Shown here piece by piece: positions 37,834 to 50,278 of a stretch of 64,000 nucleotides of DNA. The stretch lies in assembly GCA_035506195.1 (NCBI GenBank), contig DATJPV010000030.1:22662-86661 (forward strand). The letters run 5' to 3'. This stretch comes from Patescibacteria group bacterium (lineage in GTDB: Bacteria > Omnitrophota > Gorgyraeia > Gygaellales > Profunditerraquicolaceae). The first letter of the stretch is position 1. Every line of letters begins with the position of its first letter. The notes under the pieces are model-generated. The model was not told the origin of the DNA and made no database searches. It saw only the letters and a list, made by a program, of their open reading frames with translations. Made by a program: the position numbers and the translations under genes.

Positions 37834-38442
37834 TTAACCGGTCACTCCGCAAAAACTGCTCCGGTGGATCAATGACGGACCGAATTTCTTTAATGCCCTG
37901 CGGTGCTTTACCGTGCCGTAACCTTTATGCTCCAGGAACCCGTATTCGGGAAACACCCGGTCATAGATGCGCATAATACGGTCGCGGATCACTTTGGCCA
38001 GGATGGAGGCGCAGGCAATGCTTTTAGACTTGGAGTCTCCGGCTATAATATTGATAACCGGCAGCTGCGAACGAAAACGGACGTTGCCATCCACCAAAAG
38101 GCAGGTATTTGTCGCATCGGCACTTTTAAGTTTACGCAAAAGCAGGTAGACCGCCTGTTCCATTGCCAGGCATGTCGCCTGCAAAATGTTCACCCGGTCG
38201 ATGATCTGCTCGTTGATAATGCCTATGCCAAAAAACGACTTCTCGATGATCTCGAAAAACGCCCGCTCTCTTTGTAAGGGGGTTAATTTCTTGGAATCGT
38301 CGATGCGCTGCGCGAAAGAAGTGCTCTTAAGCAAAACCGCCCCGGCTACCACGGGGCCGGCCAGGCACCCCCGGCCGACTTCATCGACCCCGATAATCTT
38401 GGTGTACCCGATCTTCCTGAACTTGCGTTCGTAATAGAGCAC
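37834..38442 (-). CDS. rnhB: Ribonuclease HII
   Basis: IIGVDEVGRGCLAGPVVAGAVLL catalytic DEDD motifs. 202 aa. Confidence 0.9.
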   Translation of the reverse strand: MLYYERKFRKIGYTKIIGVDEVGRGCLAGPVVAGAVLLKSTSFAQRIDDSKKLTPLQRERAFFEIIEKSFFGIGIINEQIIDRVNILQATCLAMEQAVYLLLRKLKSADATNTCLLVDGNVRFRSQLPVINIIAGDSKSKSIACASILAKVIRDRIMRIYDRVFPEYGFLEHKGYGTVKHRRALKKFGPSLIHRSSFCGVTG

Positions 38443-38462
38443 GCGCGTGAAAAAATGGCAGT

Positions 38463-38831
38463 CTAGGCGGGTTTATCCGCGGTTTCTTCCTGACTCTCGA
38501 TCTTGGTGGCGCGCTTACCGATCTTGCTTCTGAGATAATACAACTTCGCCCTCTTGACCTTGCCGGAACGGACCAGCTCGATACGCTCGATACTGGGCGA
38601 CTGCAGAGGGAACACGCGTTCGATGCCTTCGCCGTAAGAGACCTTTCTGACGGTAAAGTTCTCGCTTACGCCGCTGCCCTTCTTGGCGATCACTACCCCC
38701 TCAAACGGATGCAGCCTGATCTTATCCTGCCCTTCGGGGATCTTGACCAGGACCCTGACCGTATCTCCGACGTTGAATTTGGGAAGGTCTTTCTTGGGTT
38801 GCGCGCTTGCGATAAGTTTCATTTTGTCCAT
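38463..38831 (-). CDS. rplS: 50S ribosomal protein L19
   Basis: [36 protein letters not shown]...[20 protein letters not shown]. 122 aa. Confidence 0.92.
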   Translation of the reverse strand: MDKMKLIASAQPKKDLPKFNVGDTVRVLVKIPEGQDKIRLHPFEGVVIAKKGSGVSENFTVRKVSYGEGIERVFPLQSPSIERIELVRSGKVKRAKLYYLRSKIGKRATKIESQEETADKPA

Positions 38832-38863
38832 GACGAAATGCTCCTTTCAAGATTAATAGTAGT

Positions 38864-39535
38864 TCAGCTGCGGCGTAATAAATCCGGCCTTTTCTTTTTC
38901 GTAATCCGCAGTGCCTGTTGTTTCCTCCAGGCTTCGATCTTGGTATGGTTTCCGCTGACAAGGACCGCAGGTACCTTAAGGCCCTTGAAATCGGCAGGCC
39001 GTGTATAGTGCGGATATTCTAATAGATTACCTTCGAATGACTCAAAATTCAAGGAATTTTTATCGCCCAGCACTCCCGGGATAAGGCGCACGAGGCAGTC
39101 GACCAGCACCATTGCCGGCAGCTCCCCTCCGGTCAAGACATAGTCGCCGATGGAAATCTCTTCATCGACAAGCTCCTCTCTGACCCGCTCATCGATCCCT
39201 TCGTAATGGCCGCAGACAAGGACCAGATGCGCGCAGGCACTAAGCTTCCTGGCCAATGTCTGGTCAAGCCTCCTGCCCTGAGGGCTTAGCAGGATAACCT
39301 TGCCCCTGCCGGTCAGCGCCTTTACCGCCTTGAACAGGGGTTCCGGCCGCATAACCATCCCGGCGCCGCCCCCGAACGGGCGGTCGTCGACCTTGCGGTG
39401 TTTATCGTCGCTATAATTCCTGAGGTCATGCACGCATATCTTGATCTTGCCCTTTTCCTGCGCGCGCTTGACGATCGATTCGCCTAAAACCGGCTCAAAC
39501 ATCCTGGGGAATATGGTGATGATATCGATACGCAT
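38864..39535 (-). CDS. trmD: tRNA (guanine37-N1)-methyltransferase
   Basis: [20 protein letters not shown] knot region ([25 protein letters not shown]). 223 aa. Confidence 0.92.
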   Translation of the reverse strand: MRIDIITIFPRMFEPVLGESIVKRAQEKGKIKICVHDLRNYSDDKHRKVDDRPFGGGAGMVMRPEPLFKAVKALTGRGKVILLSPQGRRLDQTLARKLSACAHLVLVCGHYEGIDERVREELVDEEISIGDYVLTGGELPAMVLVDCLVRLIPGVLGDKNSLNFESFEGNLLEYPHYTRPADFKGLKVPAVLVSGNHTKIEAWRKQQALRITKKKRPDLLRRS

Positions 39536-39549
39536 ACGCCTTCTCCTGA

Positions 39550-40668
<1,119 letters not shown>

Positions 40669-40674
40669 TTACCG

Positions 40675-41667
40675 TTAAAGGATCAACATTGCGTCCCCGT
40701 AACTGTAAAACCTGTACCTGGATTCTACCGCATGGCGGTAGGCCTTGCGCATAAGGTCTGTGCCTGCCAGCGCACAAACCAGCATGAATAAGGTCGTACG
40801 GGGAAGATGGAAATTTGTCAAAAGGCAATCTACTGCCTTACATTCGTAGCCGGGATAGATAAACAGGTCGGTGCTGCCCCCCTGTATCCCCGCATAATAA
40901 CTTTCCAGGGCCCGCAGGCTCGTCGTCCCTACGGCGATAACGCGGCCCTTGCGGCTGCGGACCTGCTGGATTATCTGCGGTACCTGCGGCGGTACGAAAA
41001 AATGCTCCGGCTCCATCCGATGCTGCTTGATATCTTCTGATTTCACCGGTTTAAAGGTAGCATAGCCTATATGCAGCGTCACATAGGCAATACGCACGCC
41101 TAAAAGCGCTATCTCCTTGAGCATATCCTCGGTAAAATGCAGGCCCGCGGTAGGCGCAGCCACTGAGCCGTCTTGCCGGGCATAGACGGTTTGATAATAA
41201 AGGCGGTCGAGCTCTTCCGGCTGCCTTTTTATATACGGCGGAAGGGGCATGCTGCCGTGCGCATAGACCTGCTCCGCGGAATCCGCATGAAAAGTAACTT
41301 CGTTCTTTCCGGTCACGGCAGCATAAACCTTGCCGCCGTTACATGCGATCTTTTCGCCAAGCTTGATCCTGGCCGGCTTGATCAGGGATGCGAACGTCAA
41401 GCCGCTCTTGCGGTGCAAGAGCAGGAATTCGACCTTGCCTCCCGTTTCCCTTCTGCCGGTGACACGCGAAGGGACAACCCTGGTATCATTAAGTACCAGC
41501 GCGTCGTCTTTGCCCAGATACTCGGCGAGGCGTTTAAATACCGAATCCTCTATCAGGCCTTCTTTGCGCCGTACCACCAGAAGCCTGGCATCCTGCCGCT
41601 GCCGCAAGGGGTACTGGGCGATCAACTCCTTGGGCAGGTCGTAATCAAAATCCGAGAGCCTTAACAT
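40675..41667 (-). CDS. queA: S-adenosylmethionine:tRNA ribosyltransferase-isomerase
   Basis: MLRLSDFDYDLPKELIAQYPLRQRQDARLLVV is a QueA N-terminus. 330 aa. Confidence 0.9.
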   Translation of the reverse strand: MLRLSDFDYDLPKELIAQYPLRQRQDARLLVVRRKEGLIEDSVFKRLAEYLGKDDALVLNDTRVVPSRVTGRRETGGKVEFLLLHRKSGLTFASLIKPARIKLGEKIACNGGKVYAAVTGKNEVTFHADSAEQVYAHGSMPLPPYIKRQPEELDRLYYQTVYARQDGSVAAPTAGLHFTEDMLKEIALLGVRIAYVTLHIGYATFKPVKSEDIKQHRMEPEHFFVPPQVPQIIQQVRSRKGRVIAVGTTSLRALESYYAGIQGGSTDLFIYPGYECKAVDCLLTNFHLPRTTLFMLVCALAGTDLMRKAYRHAVESRYRFYSYGDAMLIL

Positions 41668-42790
41668 CTGTCTTGGGATAATAAAAAAGGAGGATCTGCC
41701 TGTAGGTGCTGCCTTGTTTGGCCATGAAATAGGCCCCCCACTGGCACATCCCTACCCCGTGCCCCCAGCCGAACCCTTCGAATACCGCGTCCTGATCGGC
41801 CAGACGCACGGTAAAATTGGCGCTGCGGATGACATTAGAGCCGACCGCATTGCGAAAATCCTTGGTCGGGATCTGCGTTTCCTTCGTATCGGTTATGATC
41901 TTCAGATTGACCAGCCGGCCCGAAGGATCCCGCTGGAGCATGCGGATATCCTTGATGTGCGCATAGGCAGGATACCCGGCGGCCTGAAGCTTCTCCGCGA
42001 TCTCGGAAAGCGACAATACCGCATGCCACTGATAATGCGGGGCCTCTTTGCAATAAGGGCAGGCAACCCCTCGCAGGGGCGGCAATTCCGTATTCCAGAG
42101 CACGGATGCATCCTCCGTGCGGCCGCCGCAGACCGCATGAAAATACGCCGGCAATACCCTGTCCTGATACATGAGCACCTGCCCCCGGGTCTGGTCCACG
42201 GCCTTGGTGGTACGGTACCGCTCCGAAGTCCTGCCGCCGTATACCTGCGAATACGTGTCGCTGGTCACGTCGTATTCCTTGCGCCTGTTCTCCTGAATTT
42301 GATATACGGCATACGTCCGGCAGACAATCGCCTGGGCCTTGAGCACCTCCATAGGCCAGTAATGCGAAACCTCGTGGTACAGGATCCCTCTGACATAATC
42401 TTCCAAGCCGATGCGGTTAACGACCAGAAGCTTGCCGTTATCTTTACGGCTCAGCTGGATCCCGCCGGCGAATGCGCGGTCATCGACCAGGATCATGGAA
42501 TCGCCGGTCTTGATGAACACGGAGCGCTGGTTAAAAGCCTCTTTGCCCAGGAGAATGGCGGTCTGAGAAACGGTAGCGGTGACTTTCAGGCTCCTTCCGC
42601 GCGACAACACTTTTTGATCCGCGGGATCAACTACCTCGTATGCCCCCGAGATCCGGATGCCCAGGGAACCGACGTCCTGGGCTATGGCAACCCTGACCTC
42701 CGGCTGGGAATCGGGATTGCCTCCGAGCAACAAGGGGCAAAAACCGAAAACTGCCGCCATCGTTAAGAAAAGCAGGTGTTTTTTTTGCAT
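41645..42790 (-). CDS. SpoIID/LytB-domain protein (amidase enhancer-like), secreted
   Basis: Signal peptide. SpoIID/LytB core (VDDRAFAGGIQLSRKDNGKLLVVNRIGLEDYVRGILYHEVSHYWPMEVLKAQAIVCRTYAVYQ). 381 aa. Confidence 0.75.
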   Translation of the reverse strand: MQKKHLLFLTMAAVFGFCPLLLGGNPDSQPEVRVAIAQDVGSLGIRISGAYEVVDPADQKVLSRGRSLKVTATVSQTAILLGKEAFNQRSVFIKTGDSMILVDDRAFAGGIQLSRKDNGKLLVVNRIGLEDYVRGILYHEVSHYWPMEVLKAQAIVCRTYAVYQIQENRRKEYDVTSDTYSQVYGGRTSERYRTTKAVDQTRGQVLMYQDRVLPAYFHAVCGGRTEDASVLWNTELPPLRGVACPYCKEAPHYQWHAVLSLSEIAEKLQAAGYPAYAHIKDIRMLQRDPSGRLVNLKIITDTKETQIPTKDFRNAVGSNVIRSANFTVRLADQDAVFEGFGWGHGVGMCQWGAYFMAKQGSTYRQILLFYYPKTDVKALGF

Positions 42791-42800
42791 ACGGATGATG

Positions 42801-43016
42801 TTACCGGCGGGATATCAGCCAAAAGAACAGAGACAGGATGACGCTGACCAGAAACGACGTCATCAAAGGAAAATAGAACGTCGCATTTTTTTTCTGGATG
42901 TAAATGTCTCCGGGCAATTTCCCTAGAAACGGTACCTTGTGAAAAAATAAAAGCAAGAGCCCCGTGCCGAGCAATACGGCACCGCAGGCAATCAGGGTTT
43001 TTGCGATTTGCTGCAT
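42801..43016 (-). CDS. DUF2905-family small membrane protein
   Basis: MQQIAKTLIACGAVLLGTGLLLLFFHKVPFLGKLPGDIYIQKKNATFYFPLMTSFLVSVILSLFFWL. KLPGDI motif, two TM helices. Internal start; the track ORF extends to 43121. Confidence 0.65.
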   Translation of the reverse strand: MQQIAKTLIACGAVLLGTGLLLLFFHKVPFLGKLPGDIYIQKKNATFYFPLMTSFLVSVILSLFFWLISRR

Positions 43017-43534
43017 CGCTCTATCTCCGAATACAGACAGCCGCAATACTTCTGGCAATATATCCCCTGCGCCCTGGCTTGTTCGTGCGCCTGCCGGAAG
43101 CCGGGACGGAAATCCTCGCAATAGAACGTAACCCCTTCCAGGGCCGCAACCTCAAGCCCGATCGTTTTTAGCGATTCCTGATCCTGATAGGGGCTCACCA
43201 GCAGGGTAGTCGAAAAATAATCGAAACCCTGTTCCTTGGCGTAGCTGGCGGTCTTACTGAGCCGAAGCCTCCAGCAGGCTTGGCATCTGGCGGGGGCCTG
43301 TTCTTTTAAATTCACCGCTTGAAAAAAATCAGCCGGCGCATACGCCGGATACGAAACCTTGATCCCGGCAGCCTCGCTTAAGGCCTCAACGGCTTTTTTG
43401 CGGCTCGTGTATTCGCCAAAGGGATGAATATTGGGGTTGTAGAAGAACCCGGTGGCCGTAAAGCCTTCCTGCCTCAACCGCTCCAGGGGATATATCAGGC
43501 ACGGCGCACAACAGGTGTGGAGTAATAGCTTCAT
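42992..43534 (-). CDS. queH: Epoxyqueuosine reductase QueH (DUF208)
   Basis: MKLLLHTCCAPCLIYPLERL...YNPNIHP...CxxC pairs typical of QueH. 180 aa. Confidence 0.85.
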   Translation of the reverse strand: MKLLLHTCCAPCLIYPLERLRQEGFTATGFFYNPNIHPFGEYTSRKKAVEALSEAAGIKVSYPAYAPADFFQAVNLKEQAPARCQACWRLRLSKTASYAKEQGFDYFSTTLLVSPYQDQESLKTIGLEVAALEGVTFYCEDFRPGFRQAHEQARAQGIYCQKYCGCLYSEIERCSKSQKP

Positions 43535-43552
43535 GGCAACAGCAAGGGAATG

Positions 43553-44563
43553 CTAAAACAACTCCTCTTGTTTTTCCTTGTTGTACTTGATGCCGAAGTG
43601 GTCGTAGGCAAGCTTGGTCGCCAGCCTACCGCGGGGAGTCCGTCTCAGGTATCCCGCCGTCAGCAAATACGGCTCAACGGTGTCCACGATGGTATCCACC
43701 TCTTCGCTCAGGCTTGCAGCCAAGGATTCTACCCCCGCAGGCCCGCCGTTGTAGGATACAAGCAACAGCTTCATGAATTTGCGGTCCATCTCGTCAAGGC
43801 CGGCCTTATCGATACCAAGGTCGTCGAGCGTCTTGGAAGCGATGGGGAGATTGATCTTTTCCACTTTGGCGACCTGGGCATAATCCCTTACTCTGCGCAA
43901 AAGACGGTTGGCGATCCGGGGAGTGCCGCGGGCCCGGCGGGCGACTTCCTCCGCCGCCTCTTCATCGATCTCGATCCCGAGGATCTTGGCGGAATGCCGG
44001 ATGATCCGGGCAAGGTCTTGCGGGGCGTAAAAATCAAGGTGATAGAACATCCCGAACCTGCCCCTCAGCGGCGCAGACAGCAGGCCCGACCGGGTTGTCG
44101 CCCCCACCAGGGTAAAAGGCTTAAGGTTGAACTTTATGGTTTTTGCATACGGCCCTTTGTCGATGACAAAATCGATCTGAAAATTCTCCATGGCCGGATA
44201 AAGAAACTCTTCCACTACTTTCGAGAGCCGGTGTATCTCGTCGATAAAAAGGATATCCCCTTTCTCAAGGTTGGTAAGGATACCGATGAGGTCCCCTGCC
44301 CTTTCTATCGCCGGGCCGGAAGTCGCGGTGATCTTAGCGGACATCTCATGGGCGATGATGTGGGCAAGCGAGGTTTTGCCCAGGCCGGGAGGCCCGGAAA
44401 AAAGCACGTGCTCCAAGGGCTCTTTTCTTTGCGTGGCGGCGGTCAGGCAGACCTTCAGGTTGTCGATGAGCTCTTTCTGGCCGACGAATTCCGAAAGGCG
44501 GCTCGGGCGCAGAGAGATATTCAAGACGGCATCTTCTTCGCTGTCTTGCTCGTTTTTGAGCAT
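43553..44563 (-). CDS. ruvB: Holliday junction branch-migration ATPase RuvB (start uncertain; ORF open up to 44716)
   Basis: LRPSRLSEFVGQ...LFSGPPGLGKTSLAHIIAHEM...FIDEIHRL...ARRARGTPRIANRLLRRVRD. Start placed at the internal Met 19 aa before the LRP motif, by analogy to the family. Confidence 0.85.
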   Translation of the reverse strand: MLKNEQDSEEDAVLNISLRPSRLSEFVGQKELIDNLKVCLTAATQRKEPLEHVLFSGPPGLGKTSLAHIIAHEMSAKITATSGPAIERAGDLIGILTNLEKGDILFIDEIHRLSKVVEEFLYPAMENFQIDFVIDKGPYAKTIKFNLKPFTLVGATTRSGLLSAPLRGRFGMFYHLDFYAPQDLARIIRHSAKILGIEIDEEAAEEVARRARGTPRIANRLLRRVRDYAQVAKVEKINLPIASKTLDDLGIDKAGLDEMDRKFMKLLLVSYNGGPAGVESLAASLSEEVDTIVDTVEPYLLTAGYLRRTPRGRLATKLAYDHFGIKYNKEKQEELF

Positions 44564-44639
44564 CTGGCTGTGCAAGACGGCCAGGCGCTGCCCTTCCGGG
44601 TCCGGGATATGTTCTGCCAGCACCTCGGGATCACTACCC

Positions 44640-45407
44640 CTAATTAATTTCTGCCTGGTTTCTTTTTTCATACGGAATGATATTCTCTTTATTCCTGACG
44701 ATCTCGATCTCTTCAAAAGGCCCTTTTTGCAGGGCGACGACTTCCTTCATCCGGATCAATTCCAGTATCGCCAGAAAAATAACGATGGTTTCAAGCTTGC
44801 TCTTGGCCTGCGCAAAAAGCTCGGAGATACGGATAGTCGACTGCACCAGAAGCAGATGGAGGATGTGGTGAACCTTGTCCTCAACGGTGAACTCATCCTT
44901 GATGACCTCATAAAACAACTCCCTGGGCACGCCTTCTAAGGCCTTAGAAAACGCGCTGATCAGGTCAAAGAGGCTGGCTTCAAAATACACCTCGCCTGCC
45001 TGGCTTGCTCCGGGTGCCTCTTGCTCCGGCAGCTTCGGCCGTTTAAAGACTTCCTTCTGTCCCGTCTCCCGCTGGCGCAGGTTCTCGGCGATCTCTTTGA
45101 ACTTCTCGTACTCAAGCAGGCGCCTGACCAGCTCTGCGCGCGGGTCCTCTTGTTCGGCCTCCTCCTGCGCAGACGGCTCCGCCGGCAATAACATCTTTGA
45201 TTTTATCTGCATGAGGGTAGCGGCCATCACCAGGAACTCTCCGGCGATGTTTAAGTCCAGTAATTTCATCAGCTCAAGGTAGGCCAGATACTGCTCGGTT
45301 ACCTGGCTGATCGGTATGTCGTATATGTTGAGGTGGTCCTTCTTCACCAGATACAAGAGCAGGTCCAGCGGCCCTTCGAATACCTGTAATTTTATCTTGT
45401 AGCTCAT
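44640..45407 (-). CDS. scpA: Segregation and condensation protein A
   Basis: LQVFEGPLDLLLYLVKKDHLNIYDIPISQVTEQYLAYL is a ScpA N-terminus. 255 aa. Confidence 0.88.
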   Translation of the reverse strand: MSYKIKLQVFEGPLDLLLYLVKKDHLNIYDIPISQVTEQYLAYLELMKLLDLNIAGEFLVMAATLMQIKSKMLLPAEPSAQEEAEQEDPRAELVRRLLEYEKFKEIAENLRQRETGQKEVFKRPKLPEQEAPGASQAGEVYFEASLFDLISAFSKALEGVPRELFYEVIKDEFTVEDKVHHILHLLLVQSTIRISELFAQAKSKLETIVIFLAILELIRMKEVVALQKGPFEEIEIVRNKENIIPYEKRNQAEIN

Positions 45408-45408
45408 A

Positions 45409-46385
<977 letters not shown>

Positions 46386-46389
<4 letters not shown>

Positions 46390-48533
46390 AATTTTCTGGC
46401 GATCTTCTCTATCTCGTAGGCCTCGATGGTGTCGCCCTCTTGTATCTGTTCAAAGCCGCCTATGGTTATGCCGCATTCGAATCCCTCGGCAACTTCACGC
46501 ACATCATCCTTGAAGCGTTTAAGCGAAGCGATGCTGCCCTCGAAGACCGGCTCTCCGTTGCGCAAGATGGTAACCTTAGCGTTACGGTTGACCTGCCCCT
46601 TGGAAACGAAACAGCCCGCAACAGCGCCGCTGCGGGAGGTCTTAAAGACTTTCCTGATTTCTACCCTTCCCAGGAAGACCTTCTTGAGCTTCGGCTCCAG
46701 CATCCCTTCCACGGCTGCCTTGATATCATTGGCCAGCTCGTAAATGATGTTATAGGTCCTTACGTCAACGCCTTCTTTGGCGATCAGCTCCTTGGCAAGA
46801 TCATCGGGCTCGACATGGAAGCCCAGGATCAGGGCGTCCGAAGCTACTGCCAGGATGACGTCGGAGCTGTTGATGTTGCCTACGCCTTCATGAATGAAAA
46901 CCATCTTTACTTCGGTCACGTCAAGCTTCATCAAGGTATCCTTGATCGCTCCGAGCGAACCCTGCACGTCAGACTTAAGGATAAGCTTAAGCTCCTTGAG
47001 CTTGCCTTCCTTGATCTGGGCATGCAGGTCATCAAGGCTTATCCGTTTTACCGCCTTGATCTGCTGTTGCCTGGCTTTTTCCTGTCTGGCCAGGGCCAGG
47101 TCTTTTGCGGTCTTGTCATCTTCGATGACGAAGAACTGTTCTCCTGCCTGAGGCACGCCGCTTAAACCCAGCGCCTCCACCGGCCAGGAGGGGGGCGCTT
47201 CCGTAACGGCGTGGCCCCGATGGTCGAACATCGCGCGGATCTTGCCATAGAAACTGCCGACAATGATATTTTGATTGAGCCGTAAGGAGCCGTCGCGGAC
47301 CAAAAGCGTAGCTACCGGGCCCCTGCCCTTGCTGATCTTTGCTTCCAGCACTATCCCCTTGGCAGGCTTGGCAGGATTGGCTTTCAATTCCAGTATTTCA
47401 GCCTCCAGCAAAATCATTTCCAGCAGGTCATCGATGCCCGCCCCGGTCTTGGCGGAGACGCCGACGGTGATGGTCTTGCCTCCCCAATCCTCGGCGGTCA
47501 GGTCAAGCTCGGCGAGCTGCTTTTTGACCCTGTCGATATTAGCCTGCGGCTTATCGATTTTATTGATCGCTACGATAATGCTGACTCCCGCGGCCCGTGC
47601 GTGGTCGATGGCTTCGCTGGTCTGAGGCATGACCCCGTCATCAGCCGCCACCACCAGTACGACGATATCCGTGATACTGGCGCCCCGTGCGCGCATGGCG
47701 GTAAAGGCCTCGTGGCCCGGGGTGTCAAGAAAAGTGATCTCTCCCTTGGGAAGCACGACCCGGTAGGCGCCGATGTGCTGGGTAATGCCCCCGTGTTCCG
47801 ACTCGGCGACCTTGGTCTGCCGGATAGCGTCCAGCAAAGAGGTCTTGCCATGATCGACGTGCCCCATGAACGTGACGATGGGGGAACGCGGTTTCAATTT
47901 TTCCGGGGTATCCGTTTCGGTATGCACGCGCAGTGCCAGCTCTTCTTCTCCCGGGGCTTTCTTGATCCGGCAGGCGAATTTCTCGCACACCGCAGTCACC
48001 AGCGATTCGTCTAACAGCTGATTGATGCCGGCCATAATACCCATCCCCATCAATGTCTTGATAATGACCGACGGTTTCTGCTGAAGCCTTACCGCCAGGT
48101 CCTTCAGGACGATGGGCAATTCTATCTCGACCTCTTTACCGGCAGGCGCGGCCGCAGGCACGGCAGCGGGCGTTAGCGCAGGGACCGGCTCTGGTTTTTT
48201 GATCTCCCTGGGCGCCGGCGCGATAACTTGTTTTGGCGCAAGGACCGGCATTTCTTTCGCAAGGACCGGCGGCTTGGACTCAAGGGGTGCCGCGGTAACG
48301 GCAGCCTTCTGTTCGGCCACGGGATGCGGATGAACTGCCAAGGCCGGGCTTTCCTTCTTGACCGCCGCCTTGTGCTTGAGCGTTACGGGTTTCTTTATCT
48401 TTGCCGCGGCAGCGCTGGCGACGGGTTTAGCTTTTTTGACCCGCGCGGCAGCGGCAGGCTTGGTTGTTTTAACTTTGGCTTTTACTTCGGTTTTCTTCTT
48501 GGTAACGGTTTTCTCTTTTTTTGTTTTTATCAT
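46386..48533 (-). CDS. infB: Translation initiation factor IF-2
   Basis: Lys/Ala/Pro-rich N-terminus. GTPase G-domain ([16 protein letters not shown]...DTPGHEAF...NKIDK). 715 aa. Confidence 0.93.
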
Positions 48534-48536
48534 AGT

Positions 48537-49793
48537 TTATTTGCCGGTTGACTTCTTGAGCTCTGCGATCAACTTTTCTGCCTTTTTCTGGCCTATGCCT
48601 TTGACCTCTACCAGGCCCTCTACGCCTGCTTTGAGGATGTCGTCCGCCGATTTAAAACCGGCCTCCTTAAGGCTCTCCAGGGTTTTTTCTCCGACGCCCG
48701 GCAGCTCTTCAAGGGAGATCTTGACCTTCTTTTCTTTCTTGGCCTTCTTTTCTTTCTTGGCTGCTTTTGCCGGCGCTGCTTCCGCAGCGGGTTGCACTTC
48801 TGCGGCCGGCTGCGGCGCTGCCTGCTCCACCTTCTGGAAGAGCGCAGCGGCAGCGGTGGTCTTGGTGCGTATATCGAGCTCCCATCCGATCAGGCGGGAA
48901 GCAAGCCTTACGTTCTGGCCGTGCTTACCGATGGCCAGGGAAAGCTGGTCATCGTCGACGATAACCTCTGCCTTTACGTTTTCCTTATTCAGCTTGATCT
49001 CCGCGATCTTTGCCGGGGACAACGCGGCCCTTATGTATTCCCGGATATCTTCGTTATAACGGACGATATCGATCTTCTCTCCCTGCACCTCATTGACGAT
49101 GTTCCTGACGCGATTGCCGCGCATACCTACGCAGGCGCCTACGGAATCAACCTTGTCATTCTTCGACCAAACCGCGATCTTGGTCCGTTCCCCGGCCTGG
49201 CGGGCGATGGACTTTATCTCAACGATGCCCTCGTAGATCTCGGGGACTTCCAATTCAAATAATTTTTTCACCAAATTCGGATGCGCGCGCGAAAGGATGA
49301 TCTGCAGGCCCTTGATGTCTTTTTTGACTTCCGCGACATACGCCCGGATACGCTGCCCCTGTTTGAACTCTTCGGCAGGGGACTGTTCGCGTTTCAACAG
49401 GAGCCCCTCAGCCTTGCCGAGAAGGTCGACCACGATATTGCCCCGGTCAAAACGGTACACCGTACCGGAGACGATCTCTCCGACCCTGCCCTGAAAATCG
49501 TTGAATACCACCTCTTTTTCTGCCTCGCGTATCTTCTGGATGATCACCTGGCGCGCGGTAGAAGCGGCAATGCGGCCGAAATCGATCGAGGTGATCTCTT
49601 CGGTATTCCTGAACGCGCGGATCTTGCCGGTCTGGCGGTTCAGCTCCACCCGCAATTCTTCATCCGGTTTGATATCGATGACTTTACGGGCCGCACTCAA
49701 GAGGGCGCTTTCGACCGCCTCGATGAGTACTTCCTTTTTTATGCCTTTTTCTCTTTCTATCTGTTCAAGTATCGCTAGTAATTCCTGACTCAT
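48537..49793 (-). CDS. nusA: Transcription termination/antitermination factor NusA
   Basis: NusA N-domain, S1 and KH domains, and a C-terminal HhH extension (ELPGVGEKTLESLKEAGF). 418 aa. Confidence 0.92.
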   Translation of the reverse strand: MSQELLAILEQIEREKGIKKEVLIEAVESALLSAARKVIDIKPDEELRVELNRQTGKIRAFRNTEEITSIDFGRIAASTARQVIIQKIREAEKEVVFNDFQGRVGEIVSGTVYRFDRGNIVVDLLGKAEGLLLKREQSPAEEFKQGQRIRAYVAEVKKDIKGLQIILSRAHPNLVKKLFELEVPEIYEGIVEIKSIARQAGERTKIAVWSKNDKVDSVGACVGMRGNRVRNIVNEVQGEKIDIVRYNEDIREYIRAALSPAKIAEIKLNKENVKAEVIVDDDQLSLAIGKHGQNVRLASRLIGWELDIRTKTTAAAALFQKVEQAAPQPAAEVQPAAEAAPAKAAKKEKKAKKEKKVKISLEELPGVGEKTLESLKEAGFKSADDILKAGVEGLVEVKGIGQKKAEKLIAELKKSTGK

Positions 49794-49810
49794 GGTACAC
49801 TCCGTCCTGT

Positions 49811-50278
49811 TTATTTCATGGTTGTCGTTTGTTTTGCCCGGTTAATCTTTGACAGAGGTATCGCCACGGCTTTGTCTTCTACCTCTACATATACCGAACC
49901 GTTTTCCACGGTGAGTATCTTCCCCTCTGTCTCCCACTTGCCTTCGATCGGCTCGCTGAAAAAGAACCTTGCGGTCCTCTGCAGGCAACGCAAAAAATCC
50001 TTCTCCAGTTTTAAGGGCCGGTCCGTTCCGGGAGAAGAAACCTCCAGGGTGTATCGCTGCTGAATGAGGTCCTTTTCATCCAGCACCATGCCTAGCTCAT
50101 AATTCAGGCGTGCGCATTCATCCATGGTAATGCCGCCTTCGGGATGGTCCACCAGGATACGCAGGTACAGATTACTGCCCTCGTAGCGGTGCGTAAGCTC
50201 GACCAATTCCAGTCCTCGGGCTGCCAGCAGGGCCTCAAGTAATTCAGAAAGCTGCAGGAGAACCTCGTCTCTAAGCAT
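49811..50278 (-). CDS. rimP: Ribosome maturation factor RimP
   Basis: GLELVELTHRYEGSNLYLRILVDHPEGGITMDECARLNYELGMVLD...TLEVSSPGTDRPL. 155 aa. Upstream of nusA as in rimP-nusA-infB. Confidence 0.88.
   Translation of the reverse strand: MLRDEVLLQLSELLEALLAARGLELVELTHRYEGSNLYLRILVDHPEGGITMDECARLNYELGMVLDEKDLIQQRYTLEVSSPGTDRPLKLEKDFLRCLQRTARFFFSEPIEGKWETEGKILTVENGSVYVEVEDKAVAIPLSKINRAKQTTTMK

Noticed and set aside
41714-42766. 350-aa plus-strand ORF
   Set aside because: Antisense to the SpoIID/LytB gene. Rejected as spurious.
43550-44647. 365-aa plus-strand ORF
   Set aside because: Antisense to ruvB, low-complexity composition. Rejected as spurious.
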